From: Octopus sinensis
Taxonomy: Eukaryota
Direction: 5' to 3'
DNA length: 64,000 bases
Assembly (NCBI RefSeq): GCF_006345805.1
Contig: NC_043006.1
Location: 10,354,001 to 10,418,000 of the forward strand
Both the position numbers and the translations under genes were made by a program. The notes below the pieces were generated by a model. It was not told the origin of the DNA. It searched no databases and was given only the letters and a program-made list of their open reading frames with translations. This document shows, piece after piece, positions 38,676-53,725 of this stretch; position 1 is the first letter of the stretch; every line of letters begins with the position of its first letter.

Positions 38676-39782
38676 TTAATAATTTGTGGACCCACTTCGT
38701 TAAATGTGTTAAAGTGACGCAACAAAACAAACACCTGTTTTTGACTGACACGACAATAAACACACGTGCATAAACAGATGCACCCACAAAGCACAAACAA
38801 ATGCATACACACGCACATGTAAACGCACACACACACACAGTTATCTAGAGAAAGAATGAGAGAGAGAGAGAGACAGACAGACAGGGAACGTGGCACAGAA
38901 AGTGTTGAGAGGGAGACATTCATTCTGGGACTTAGCTTTGCGCGCCTTTATGAAGATTTTCTCACCTCGGTCTTTTCTTTTAAGCCACTTTACTTCATAC
39001 TCAGACCCAGGATGGTAAGTTTTTATCCATTATTATTTTACGGAGATTAGTAATGTTCTGCCGCTTTCAAACATGATCTGATGTTGAAGGAATCAATGCG
39101 GATCTATCTTTGGCTTCAGAGAGGAAGTTGCACAGAACCAGACGCACAACTTCCTTCTAGTTTAAGCTGGAATGCTTCATACTGCATTTGTAGTGTCGTT
39201 CTAATTCTCAGAATAATACGATTTACTTTGGCTGCTCGGATATTTCTTCAGTGGGTTGCAGCAGTTTTTGGATGGTCAGGCTGCAATCCTTGCCAAGAAC
39301 AAAACATCGAGTACACAAAATTATTATTCGATTTGCTTTTATCTATGGATATTTTTGCCTGATTGAATCTGCTTGAAAGGCTAAACCCTCAACTGTTGTT
39401 AGTCTTAGTTAAAGAGAAAAGAACAAATTCCTTTACTACTGCCAAACGCCAGGGTGAAATTGCGGGGCTAATAAGTATTCACGTTTGTACGATTTTTCTC
39501 AAATAATTTTCCGTAATGAGTTCACTTTGTATATATATATATATCTATAAATTAGAGAAGAACCATCATATAGCAATTTAACAATTATATACTTAAATCA
39601 TACCATATAGAAAAAGTTTAAGAAACGATAAAACATCTACCTAGAATTAATATATATATATACAGCGGAGTAAGCGCATAAATGTGAAACAATGTGGAAA
39701 AAAGAGTACTCAACTACCAGAGGTAGAGTAATACAGGGGTAGAGTAATATACTTTTAAAAGCAACAGAAATACAGCAAAACG

Positions 39783-39810
39783 TGTTACTCAGAGTTTCAC
39801 GTCCCCGTTC
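39783..39810 (-). ncRNA. 5'-truncated hammerhead motif within a PLE-like fragment (~39660-39810)
   Basis: Minus strand reads GA-ACG GGGA CGT-GAA-ACTC T GAGT-A-ACA. Stems II and III and the GUA site are present; CUGAN is lost. Confidence 0.45.
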
Positions 39811-39960
39811 CAAAATATTTCCCTTTACAATCATTCTATTCAAATATCACACATATGTTGAAATGGTGTGCTAAACAATTTTACGAACTTTCGAAAAACT
39901 ATACCATGTATCGACTTATAAGTTTTCAGCAGAGATATTTGCCTCTGTGTGTGTGTGTGC

Positions 39961-40039
<79 letters not shown>

Positions 40040-40299
40040 TGTATGTATGTGTACAGATATGCATATATACACATGTTCATTAAACCAGAGAAAACAAGAC
40101 ACATTCATGAAGTAAATAACCACACGCAAAAAATTAATAACCAGCCTAGCTAATGCACACAAGTAAAAAAAACCTCACCACTTGTAATTTAATTAATGTA
40201 GAAGCAAAAAAATTAGCTACAAGGTTTAAAATAAAAGAGTAGACAATCTTAACCCACGAAATCCTCCACACAGAACCCTAGCTGTAGTTTAAGAAATCC

Positions 40300-42190
40300 T
40301 GCAAAATGTGAATTAGAAATTATTAGTAAATCCTTAATAAATAATATCATATGACACATCGGAGCATACTCAAAACTTACTAAATAGTAGTTTCACTATT
40401 GAATGGTTTAAAAAATATAAGATAAAGACACAAGCAAATTTTTCCCCTTTGCCATCGTGGAGTATTACTCTTCGATCTTCAAAAACTTGCTGCAAAAGGC
40501 ACTTGGATCTAGTTACCATAACAAATACTGATATAAATGTAATGAGGAACGCAAGGAAGCCAAAACCATTTCAAGACTATTCCCATTGGTTAAAAAAGAA
40601 TGGGAATGAGTTATTTGATGTGGCATTCTTCTATATCTTAGGTATCCTCAGAAAAGAAATAAAAGCCGTCATTGGCTTATAGAGACGATGACATGAGAGC
40701 GGTATACAATAAAAAAAAAATGACACGATACACATGGAATGAGTAAAATATTATGCGAAATATTTAGCCAATTAGATCTAAAAACCACAATTAGTATCGA
40801 CCTTAAAGAAATTAATCTTCTAGATATTATCATGTACCTTAGCACAGAAAAATTCAGACCCTGACACAGACCAGATGAGGAAGCTTCGTACTACACCAGC
40901 AATCATTAAACAATTACTTAATAATACTATCATGCGCGTCTCCAATATTTCCGCCGATAAAGACACTTTGGAAAAAGTTGCGATATGCTATAATTCTGTA
41001 TTAGAAATGTCAAACTTCAAGAATAGGAGAAATGAAATTGAACTAAACGTAGATAGACCCAGAAGACACAGGCAGGGGAAATCTTATACTTCAACTCTCC
41101 TTAAAACATGATTGCAGCCAGTAACATAGCTACAACATTCTTAAAATTAATAATCACTTACCACATTCACACAAAAACCATAAGATGTTCCAAAGAAATG
41201 TTGTTAAAGTTAACAATATTTGCCTTCCCAATGTAAGGTCGATACTACTCAACCGCAAACAAAATAAACCCACAAGGAAGGCCCCTGATAAACATTGTAA
41301 CTGTAGATCTTCAAACTGAAACCCTCTAAATAATAGCCGTCTTGAAAAAGAACTTCTATACAAGACCAAAATTATAGATTCCAACGGAGTAACAAAGCAT
41401 ACATCAAAATGTCGAACTCATTCAAGGAAAGATACGTACATCATTCAGGGACAAGAATAAATGACATGCGACATTCAGGAACAATAATAAAAGACATGTG
41501 ACATCCCTATCTAATATCATATGGATATTGAAAGGAAGTAGAGTTAGCAAACTCCAGATAACACGGAGCATTGTTACTAAAGCCAGAATACAGGGAAAGG
41601 GTAAGAAAGGTTAGCTTTGTATCACTGAAAAGTTATATATATCATCCTGTCAAAAGATAATAGTTTAAACATTGGAGATAAAACCTTCTCTTCCTGCATA
41701 CACAATTAATGTTTTCACTTCCACATTTCAAGAGGAACCCTGCCACCGCTGATTCCATCAGGAGAGTTTCTTTCTCTGAATGGAAACATTCGATATTTAC
41801 GACATATGAACACCACACATAGAAGGTACATGCCCCCCCCACACACACACACCGCCACGATGATCTCCCTCAGCACACAGACATGACAATATTACACACG
41901 CCCAGTATATATTATATTATATAATGAAAGCAAATTCACCATCCAACGAGTTTTTCCCCAAAATATCAAACCCAACGGAGATAATCACTCACAAGATCTC
42001 GATTACTTGTTTTATTTCCGAGACTTTATTGTGAATTCCCCTGAATTTTCGTGCTTTCATCCCAAATGTGATCGGCTTGAAAAATTAAGATATTTTTCTC
42101 AACATTTAAACCAATGGTAGCCTTACACAAATGATGAAATTTTATCCCCCAATTCGGTGCGGAACACTCATTCTCATTATTCGCCTGTAT
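40300..42190 (+). pseudogene. Degraded Penelope-like retroelement (RT + GIY-YIG; Naiad-like motifs) with 3' non-coding region
   Basis: Relics WLKKNGNELFDV, GL-RDD, KEINLLDI..LSTEKFRP, PAIIKQL...RVSNIS...YN, ILYFNSP, FLKLI, CNCR..PLN, NSFKERY..H, LSNIIW.LK, LCITEKL and LN...SSCIH. The 5' boundary is approximate. Confidence 0.82.
41747..41792 (+). ncRNA. Degenerate hammerhead motif just 3' of the PLE ORF
   Basis: CG-CTGAT(G8A9 missing)-TCCATCAGGAGA gtttctt TCTCTGAATG-GAAA-CA-TT-CG. Confidence 0.4.
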
Positions 42191-42254
42191 ATGTATATAT
42201 ATATATATAAACGTACAGACACAATACAAATATGCTCGTATATATGATTATGTC

Positions 42255-42400
42255 CGACGAGTTAGTTTCGGTCAGTTTCCGATTACCAAAACCCTTACAA
42301 ATTTTGGGTCGACCAGGACCAATAGAAGAAAACAATTAGGCAATGTACTATATAGTGGAAAGGAACCGACAGCCATATGTGTGGAAAACAAGCTCCTTAG
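42255..42400 (-). mobile_element. Degenerate SINE family B head
   Basis: TCAGTTTCCGATTACCAAAA...TGGGTCGACCAGG...AGTGGAAAGGAACC...AACAAGCTCCTTA. Confidence 0.45.
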
Positions 42401-43644
42401 TCTTTCATACATTTTAACACTTTATAACGCCTTTAATTTTAAGATGCACAGTTATCAACAATGTTTATTTGGAGTAATAAGGCTACATTTCAATTACATT
42501 GTTCAAGTAACCGCCACAGATCCACCAATTGGGACTTCGAAGCTTAGCAGAATTCACAGTTTTTTAAGGACCAAAAGTTTCTTGCGTTGTCACCAAATAT
42601 CAATGCACGAAATTCGCGGCCATTGACTAGCAGTCTAATTGCAGTTGATTGCCCTCTGGCTGACCAAGGAAGACCATCTCTGACCATTACCCATGCAACA
42701 TATTAGCAATACTGGGGCGTGAGGATACTGCACCGGTTTCGCGCTCATGACTTCCATGCTCACCACTGCGCCATCCTACTTAACTGAGCATAGGAAAGTC
42801 ACAACGGTGGCGATCGCACAGTCTAAAATACTAGCTACACTATGACTTTCACAATAGCTCTCTAATTAACATGATCCAGACAAATGTAAGGACGGAATAT
42901 GCGTCGCAGAATCATGAATGTGGAAGACTCATGATCTCGGACTCAAGCTAAATATTTACAAGATGTTCAATACAATTCTAGGAATATCTGGTTTTATTGT
43001 GAAATGACCATCTCCTCGAGACATGCGTTAAAAATTGCGGGGTGCCTCACTCTAACTGGTCTACTAGCACGCCGGACACCCAACCCAATATTTCTGAGCA
43101 GCCGGGATCTGGCTACACAGTCGTTGTCCCTACACTAGGGTCATCCGTCATTTTAACTGGTCTGAATTTTAGTCTTGCTGAGTCTATAGCACCCCTCTTC
43201 ACGCGCGCACAAACACACACTGAGGCACATTCACGCACACATGCGCGCGCGTGGTGGAGTGTTGTAGGAATACAACACGCCACCACATAGTTAAACAGTG
43301 TGGCTGTTTCAATCTCTCAGATTATAATCTTGTCCAATGCCATCTGTTAATATAATGGCGATCGAATTGATCGTAATATAGGGGAAGAAAGAATTAAAAC
43401 TTCGTACACATATTTTAATCCGCCATTCAGTGCTAACTCTGAAAAAGTCTACTTCGTTTGAAACCTACCACCGTATAAAACATTATACACACTTATACAC
43501 ACACACACACACACACACACCACACACACACACACATACAAACAAGCATACACACGCACAAAGGCATACATATGTCGAAACACATATGCTTATATATATT
43601 CGTGCTAATGTACATACGTATACACTGTCATATATTTTGATAGC

Positions 43645-43680
<36 letters not shown>

Positions 43681-43891
43681 CGCTTTGATATATTGACTTA
43701 TCGATTTATTGATCAGATATTTAGAAAGGGAGTATGTAAATTTGTTAAATATATAGGTTCGTAGGTACATACTATAATATGCAACTTTATTGATGAATAT
43801 ATGCATAGATTGTAAATACGCATAGATTCATTGCTATACGGACGGACGTGTCAGTGTCTGTGTATAATGCAGGTATGCATGTATATATATA

Positions 43892-43931
<40 letters not shown>

Positions 43932-43950
43932 TATATACGTATATGTATAA

Positions 43951-44007
<57 letters not shown>

Positions 44008-44385
44008 TATTTCTATATTTATTCATATATATATACACACACATATATATTTGTATGTTTATGTATGTATGCATGTATGCGTGTATCTACGTATGTACAT
44101 ATATGTTTATAGTGAGAGAAAGATGGGCACAGGAAAGTATATATGGCATTTAAATATTTTTAACAGATTGATGTAGATACAACGTTTGATAGTAAAATAC
44201 ACCGTCAGGGAAAATTTAAAATGACTGAAGATGGAGATAAATACCTACCCTCTGTATTTCAAAGCAGACTGCAGTTCATGAATGTTGTTACATAGAACTG
44301 TAGATAGAAAATATTACACACACACGCACATACACGCGTGCGCGCACTCACACACACAATCATACACAAATATATATGTGTGTGA

Positions 44386-44787
44386 AGGCGGCGAGCTGGC
44401 AGAATCGTTAGCACGCCAGGCGAAGTGCTTAGTGGTATTGCGTCTACCGCTACGTTCTGAGTTCAAATTCAGCCGAGGTCGACTTTGCCTTTCATCCTTT
44501 CAGGGTCGATTAAATAAGTACCAGTTACACACTGGGGTCGATATAATCGACTTAATCCGTCTGTTTGTCCTTGTTTGTCCTCTTTGTGTTTAGCCCCTTG
44601 TGGGTAGTAAAGAAATAGGTATTGCGTCTACCGCTACGTTCTGAGTTCAAGTTCCGCCGAGGTCGACTTTGCCTTTCATCCTTTAAGGGTCGATAAATTA
44701 AGTACCAGGTACGTACTGAGGGTCGATCTAATCGACTGGCCCCTTCCCCAAAAATTTCGGGCCTTGTGCCTAGAGTAGAAACGAATA
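44386..44787 (+). mobile_element. SINE family A dimer
   Basis: Full head AAGGCGGCGAGCTGGCAGAATCGTTAGC, junction AAAGAAATAGGTATT at ~44609, second unit ending GGGCCTTGTGCCTAGAGTAGAAACGAAT. Confidence 0.9.
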
Positions 44788-44993
44788 TATATGTGTTGTA
44801 TGTGCATATATATATGCATATTTATCTATATATACATACGCACACACACATATATGTATACATATGTATACATATAAAAATACAAACGTACATACATACA
44901 TACAGACATCTATATGAACATATATAAATGAATACATATGAATACCTTGATGGGCCTAGCAACATTTGTATTACTATCTCTTTTATTACATTT

Positions 44994-45373
44994 GGAAGCA
45001 CTCCGTCGGTTACGACGACGAGGATTCCGGTTGATCCGAATCAACGGAACAGCCTGCTCGTGAAATTAACATGTAAGTGGCTCAGCATTCCACAGACACG
45101 TGTACCCTTAACGTAGTTCTCGGGGATATTCAGCGTGACACAGAGAGTGACAAGGTCGGCCCTTTGAAATACAGGTACAACAGAAACAGGAAGTAAGATG
45201 AAGAAAGTTGTGGTGAAAGAATGCAGCAGGGATCACCACCATCCCCTGTCGGAGCCTCGTGGAGCATTAAGTGTTTTCGCTGAATAAACACTCACAACGC
45301 CCGGTCTGGGAATCGAAACCGCGATCCTATGACCGCGAGTTCTCTGCCCTAACCACTGGGCCATTGCGCCTCC
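44994..45373 (-). mobile_element. SINE family C, full length
   Basis: Head GGAGGCGCAATGGCCCAGTGGTTAGGGCAG. Flanking TTATTACAT duplication at 44983-44991 and 45378-45386. Confidence 0.9.
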
Positions 45374-46977
45374 ACCGTTATTACATATGGACGTACACAA
45401 TATACAAATGCACAAGCGCAAATATCTGTGTGGATATATATGTATCTGTATGAGTGTTTGTATGTGTATGATTGTATGTGTGTGTATCAAGACTGATGGA
45501 TTGATTCATTTTATGCAAACACTGCTTGTTTAAACCATTACTATTTGTATGTTGAAATATACTATCCTCTTTGAATGTCGTAACTTAAATGACATCAGAA
45601 ATAATATATATATGCGTTTAGTGAAGAGGCTTTCGAACTAAGATATCCCCCAAACGCTTACATATCTTTCAGTATATCATTTTCAGTTCCTTCCTATTTC
45701 TCTCGCTTTCTCTTGATTTATTTATTTAGCTTTCTTTGTCGTTTTGTAAAAGAGGGTGGAGGTAGTGGTTTTAATATTTATCGTTTTCTTATTTAGCGAA
45801 ATAAGTGAAAATCCGTTTATGGGTTAATTCGTAGCTACTGTTTAACAAACGTAAATATTTCAATCTGTAGCAATATATCGTTGACCAAATATCTACATAA
45901 TCAAAAAGCTTTCGAGAAACAGGGACACTTAACAGAAAACCCTGACAGTTATTCTACACAGAAACATTTTGGAATTGGTTTTTCAAAAAGAAGGGAAGCA
46001 GAAATATTATTTCTTAAGTGCATTTGAATTGGCAAGAAACCCATTTTTGCTGATGTAATGTATCTGGAAGATGGTTTGTATGCGCTTAACTTCCGGTGAA
46101 AGTTGACGAAACAGACCTATGCCTAAAGGTAACCCAGTTATGACAAACAGTTTTTTTACTTAGAAGTGTCTAAATTATTCTGTACTATTTCCATTCTGAA
46201 ATTGCAGGGTCTGATCTTAGAGTAAATTAGCAGTTATTTCTAGCGTTTCGATCTGCCACGTATTTGCAAGAAAGATATACCCTTCCTGATTATTCATTTT
46301 GACCGCTAACTATCTTTGATTGAAGAGTTCTACGAAGAATTCGTTAAGGAACATTCTTGGGGTCTTTATGTTATTAGTTGAAAATATTTTATATCAGATT
46401 AACGAAGGCAATTCTTGTCTCTCACCCGAGAGAGCTTCCTTTGATTAATTCAGTCCTGAATAGAATTTGAAGGTGGAACTTTCAACAAAGGGCAAATACT
46501 AATTAACGATACAGTCCTGCGGTTGCAGAAAAAGGAAGCATGCGCACTCCTGGTATTTGCTTACTGTTAGTTTTGAATATATTTACAAAACAAGAATAGT
46601 TGCCTGTGGAAATAATATAATAATCGACACGTCTAAATATCAGTTACTACCTTCATACTTTAATTTTTCAGAATAAAAAATCACGTATTTAAATGGTAGG
46701 AGAGCTCAGTATGTAGACCAGTTATTCTTATGTTACGCAAAGTTCGGACAAACCAATGGTCGATATTAGATTATATAGATTCTATCCAACTGACATCAAT
46801 ATATATCTTCCATGATAATTTTTTTTAAAGTGATTGTAGTTACTAACGGAGAACGCTGAAACATAAAAAGACATGCATAACTGATATCGGTTATATACAA
46901 TGTCAAATACAAATTTCACTGTGATTAGAAACAAGATATTATATCCTTATCTAAATATCTATCTATCTATCTATCTA

Positions 46978-47072
<95 letters not shown>

Positions 47073-47239
47073 ATATTAGGGAATGAATCCCAAATTACAG
47101 GGAAAAATCAGATTTAGGGTTAAATCCAATTTTATAGTAAAATATTATATAATATAATTCGAGACAAAACCACTATTTTAAAACCAAACAAGGAAAGACT
47201 TAATCAAAACATAAAATTTTAATAAAATTAAATAAACCG

Positions 47240-47282
47240 CCACTACAAATGTTTCATGTCTGCTCCGACAATCTTCAGGTGG
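47240..47282 (-). ncRNA. Type I hammerhead ribozyme motif (mirror copy)
   Basis: Exact reverse complement of 47351-47393. Confidence 0.8.
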
Positions 47283-47350
47283 ATTTTCGATCTTCTAATC
47301 AGTATCAAATTTTGAAGTCAGGTGGAATATATGATTAGAAGATCGAAAAT

Positions 47351-47393
47351 CCACCTGAAGATTGTCGGAGCAGACATGAAACATTTGTAGTGG
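47351..47393 (+). ncRNA. Type I hammerhead ribozyme motif (intact core)
   Basis: CCAC-CTGAAGA-t-TGTC ggagca GACA-t-GAA-ACA tt TGT-A-GTGG. All three stems close; predicted GUA cleavage after 47389. Confidence 0.8.
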
Positions 47394-47476
47394 CGGTTTA
47401 TTTAATTTTATTAAAATTTTATGTTTTGATTAAGTCTTTCCTTGTTTGGTTTTAAAATAGTGGTTTTGTCTCGAAT

Positions 47477-47584
<108 letters not shown>

Positions 47585-47901
47585 CTGTTTTTGATTTTAT
47601 TTGATATATTATCTCTCACCTCTGCCACTATCTGGCGTATACAGGTGCTTACACTTATCAAGTATTCACCCCAAATTTGCAGTATATATAGATCGCCATG
47701 TTGATTCGCTAGCTTCTGCACGCATTTTTTTCTCTCCTTGTTTCTTTCTGTGTTTCTTTTCTGTGTATCTTTCAGTTGAAGAGCGTAGGCTCGAAACGTA
47801 AAAGACTTGTTTTATTTATATTCCTGAGCGCCATACTAATACAATTGTTTGTTTATATTCCACCTGCCTTCGTCTTTTGTTTACTTTCATAAAGCTTCCC
47901 G
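47585..47901 (+). mobile_element. (TA)n-flanked non-coding PLE/retrozyme-like element with variant hammerhead (47768-47805)
   Basis: TCTTT-CAGTTGA-a-GAGC gtag GCTC-GAA-ACGT-A-AAAGA. The 3' part is homologous to 58498-58595. Confidence 0.65.
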
Positions 47902-47934
<33 letters not shown>

Positions 47935-47989
47935 AACGGACGCACGCACACACAGACACACACGTATGTATACATGGGGTGGAAAGCTG

Positions 47990-49250
47990 GGAGGGAAGAA
48001 AGTAGGGAGTGGTGTAAGAGTTGGAGTAATGGAAAGGTGGGAGTGAGGATGAGGGTGTATGGGATGGAGAGGATGGGGAGGTGTGTGTGTGTAATGGCGT
48101 CGAGTGAGACAGGATGAGAGAGTGAGTGAAGTTTGTTGTCTAATGCGATTGAGCAAATCTTTATATATAAAAGTGAGGTTGTGTGCTGTCTGTCTCCTAC
48201 GATTTAGATTCCTAACTACTCCCACATTTTGCGGTGCAGTTTAACCAAAACCGGGTATCTTATAGTCGTGATTCATATCGAGCCCTTCTGGGTATTAGCG
48301 CGTGTCTACGATCAGTCTACGATTTAAAGAAAAAATTACCATCAATTTTTCCCATTTTTAATGCATTTTTGGCATATATAAGGGAAGTAACTCTCTAAAA
48401 ATTTATTATTAAATCACAGAACGTAAAAAGCTACAGTAACACCCCCCCTTTGTGGTTAACCATATTGAGATGGCTATTATACTTTACATCTCTAAAAATG
48501 CTTATATAGTTATTTCCCTTAGAAACCCGAGCAACGCCGGGCGATACTGCTAGTCTTGAATAAAGTCGTTTAGATTGAGGTTAAAGCGTAAAACAGAGTG
48601 AGCAACAGATGGTAGGCAGCAAAAGAAGAGGTGGCGGAAGAGAGTAAGGGAAGTATGTGAAAGGTGTGTATTTTGGAGAGCTTAGAGTGAATGGTGGCAC
48701 GCAAGATCAGGCAGATTGTGGAGCGAAGTATGGGTAAGATGGCAAAGTAGAATGAGAGGTAGGGTGGAAATGGAGGCGGAAATCTTTTGAGATGAGGTTG
48801 TGATGAAGGGAGCGACTGAATAGGAAAACGTTACTAGAGAAAGGTGGATTTAGTGTTTTAATGAATAGGGAAAGATTAATAGAAGCTTGAACGCAGCAGA
48901 AAGGAGGGAATGAGACGTGGTAACATATTTTTTTAGGCAGTGTTAAAAGTGGAGGAGGAACCATTTATGATTACGAATGAAGACAAGGCGAAAATAATTT
49001 TAGATGGAGAGAATAGGGCAAAGTTATTAACGTACGGAGCTCAAAAGTTCGGACAGTTTAAAACTTGCGGTAGATTAGTGCGATTTATATCGACGAAAAT
49101 AGCCAGTAAATAGCCATGGAGTCCGAAAGAGTACGAAAGCCCAATGGTAATCCGGGTGGAGTGCTGGTTATTTGGATGAGGAAAGGTATCGAAAGTTCGG
49201 AAAGTATAATAGTTAAGACAGAGTCCAATAGAGTAATAAGTTAGGCAGGA
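47990..49250 (-). pseudogene. Possible very old LINE RT relic (L1/Tx1-like), interrupted by a Helitron
   Basis: Strong purine/pyrimidine strand skew. Minus-strand relics FRTFDTFPH (KAFD-like) and SFVIINGSSSTF (xING-like). Weak. Confidence 0.3.
48158..48553 (+). mobile_element. Non-autonomous Helitron
   Basis: 5' TCTTTATATATAAAAG, 3' CCCGAGCAACGCCGGG...CTAG, A|T target. Confidence 0.85.
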
Positions 49251-51749
49251 TCTATCAAAACGCTAAAAATAACTGACCAACAAGAAAACAACCAAGATTC
49301 AACCAAATCAAAAATAAACCCAAATACTAAGCAATCAAAGATGAAAAATTGCGCACGCACATGCACTTACACAATTACACACATCTCCGCACACACAAAC
49401 ATTCACATACCCAATTTTTACGTACACACACATATATTCACACAGAGTTGAAACGCTGTTTGATTTATTTTTTCAGCGTACACTCTCAATTATGACATCA
49501 CCTCTTCTTTCCTTATTCATCTATCACCCCTTACTTTCTCATTCATAAACACAAGAGTATTATTATAGTAGATGACATCGGTAACCATGGGACCTATGAA
49601 AAAATACAAAGCCCAGGATCACCAGCGGATCATTCTATACATCTGTGTAATTTTTCACGCAATTCCAACCAGCCGTTTGACCGTGAATCCCAAGACAAGA
49701 AAGAATCGCCCATGTCAAATTTATATGTATAGATTAAATATGGCTGCGCTGTTGTATACAGTGATATAATTATGCTACTATGAAAATATACTTCGTAAAT
49801 TATAATATGTATGTGTATTTATATTTTCGTATATAAACTGGAAAAAAAGAGAGAAAACGGTTTCTTGTATGATGTGTACATCGACATTTTGCGATAGTTA
49901 TATATCCCGAAACCTGAATAAGAAGGAATCTACGTCTTACTAGAGTATCAATTCCGCTTGACTACCAAAAGTGATACGGATAAAATAGAAAGATAAATCC
50001 ATAGATCTAAAGGAAAATACTTCAGCCGCTATGGATGATTAATAATGCTGTAACACTACATTAAAGCTTGGTGATGCATAAGCGTCCTGAAAAATACATC
50101 TAATTAATCTGGTTTTTACATCTGTAGAAACCAATTCAGTTTGTGTTAACGTGAATTGATACAAGAGATTTGATTCTCTTTATAAGAATACAAGATAGGA
50201 AATAACAAAGTTATATAACGAAAATCGAACATTACCTTTCGAAACAGATGGAGAAAGGGTCTATTCACTTGATTCATAAACAGCTTATTCTCTGATAACC
50301 CATTCGGTATTAGATGTTTGCAACGTTGCCTTCTTTAGAATTGACTCTTTTGATAGTTAACTTCCTATTTATGTTGTATTTCTGTCCGGCAGCAAGAGTT
50401 GAACTCAAGCTTTTAATTTTCTAACCACAAAGTTACACGTTGTGAAAAACGTGCTTAGTAATTTTCTGCGTGCTATTGCTTAATATTGTATTTCACCGAA
50501 GGCGGTGACGATAATAGTAAACAACAAATTGTTTTGAAATTGGCGAAACGATTGTTAATACTGAATTGAATTTACTTCGTTCTTCGCAGAAATCTTCATT
50601 GCAAATTATTATCAATCACATTTACTGAACTCAGTTATCTCAATAATCCAAGACATCTGAGCTTGAGGAGACTATGAAACTCTGAAATTTTGTTAGAGCT
50701 GCTTAGAAAACATATAATATTTACTATCATTCATCAAAGTATACTGTATAGATGAATTCCAGATGACAGCATTTCATTAAATTTGGAGTGATTAATTCAT
50801 CATTCATCATCTTTTCAGCTACATATATAAATTCTTTGCACTTCGTAGAGGATACAGATAAATTGGTAAATAGCAAAATACATACAACTACTTGACTAAT
50901 CTTTTAACCCAGGTATATTGGAAAGAATTAATATCAAGTCTGCTTTATTGCTAGGAACTATATTATGTAGAAATGATCTGGAATAATTCATATCCGAAGC
51001 TTGTTCCCACAAGAGCACAGTCGCTACACGCTGTAAGAAATATTATATTCGTCTTTATACATCTACGTTAAAGCAAGCGATTAAATCGCTCGTGGACTCT
51101 ACAAATGTAAACGCTCATCATTATTGTAGATTACTCCAGACGTACATCCATTCCCAGCACGGTCAAACCACTATCTCAAAACTGGCACCCTCTCCCACCC
51201 ACAAGAAAATATCTCCCTACCGAAGAACTTGTAAGATCAATAATGGTATAGTAATTTCTTACTTCTGCGACGGTGTTTCGAATGAATCCGCATTAACAGA
51301 AAAGCTAATCGTATGAGGAGAGTCACCAACGCAACCTGACTTTCTGGCTGATTAAATTTCCCACCTCCTTAAGGTTTGCCTCACTGCTTTTCCTACCGTT
51401 ACTAGAATGATCTTGTGATCTTCGCTCGTCAGAGATATTTTTTATCGTTCCACTAACATTTACGTACTCATTACTCGTTTCCTTTATCTCCTACCCTCGT
51501 CAATCACAGAGCCTCCACTCATCCCAAATATCATAATTCAAAAACTGATTACTGTCATACAAACTGATTGCAGTGACTGCGATGAACTGTGTTTGATCGA
51601 AAATAGAGCGTTAATATAGTGGCATTTAATATCAGAATTATGACGTATAATGCTGTAAATAATAAAGGGTTAGCTGCAACGACCACTGATATAAGACATA
51701 CGTCCAGGGTAAAGCACGAGTATATATTTGTAGAAATATGTTGATAGAA

Positions 51750-53725
<1,976 letters not shown>

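Noticed and set aside
41317-41319. In-frame TGA near CNCR..PL in the Naiad-like relic as possible selenocysteine (some Naiads are selenoproteins)
   Set aside because: The TGA is one codon off the expected Cys position, and the element has many random stops.
42600-42780. Possible old SINE on the minus strand (A-box-like TGGCGCAGTGG)
   Set aside because: No clear B box and no second copy, so it is too decayed to call.
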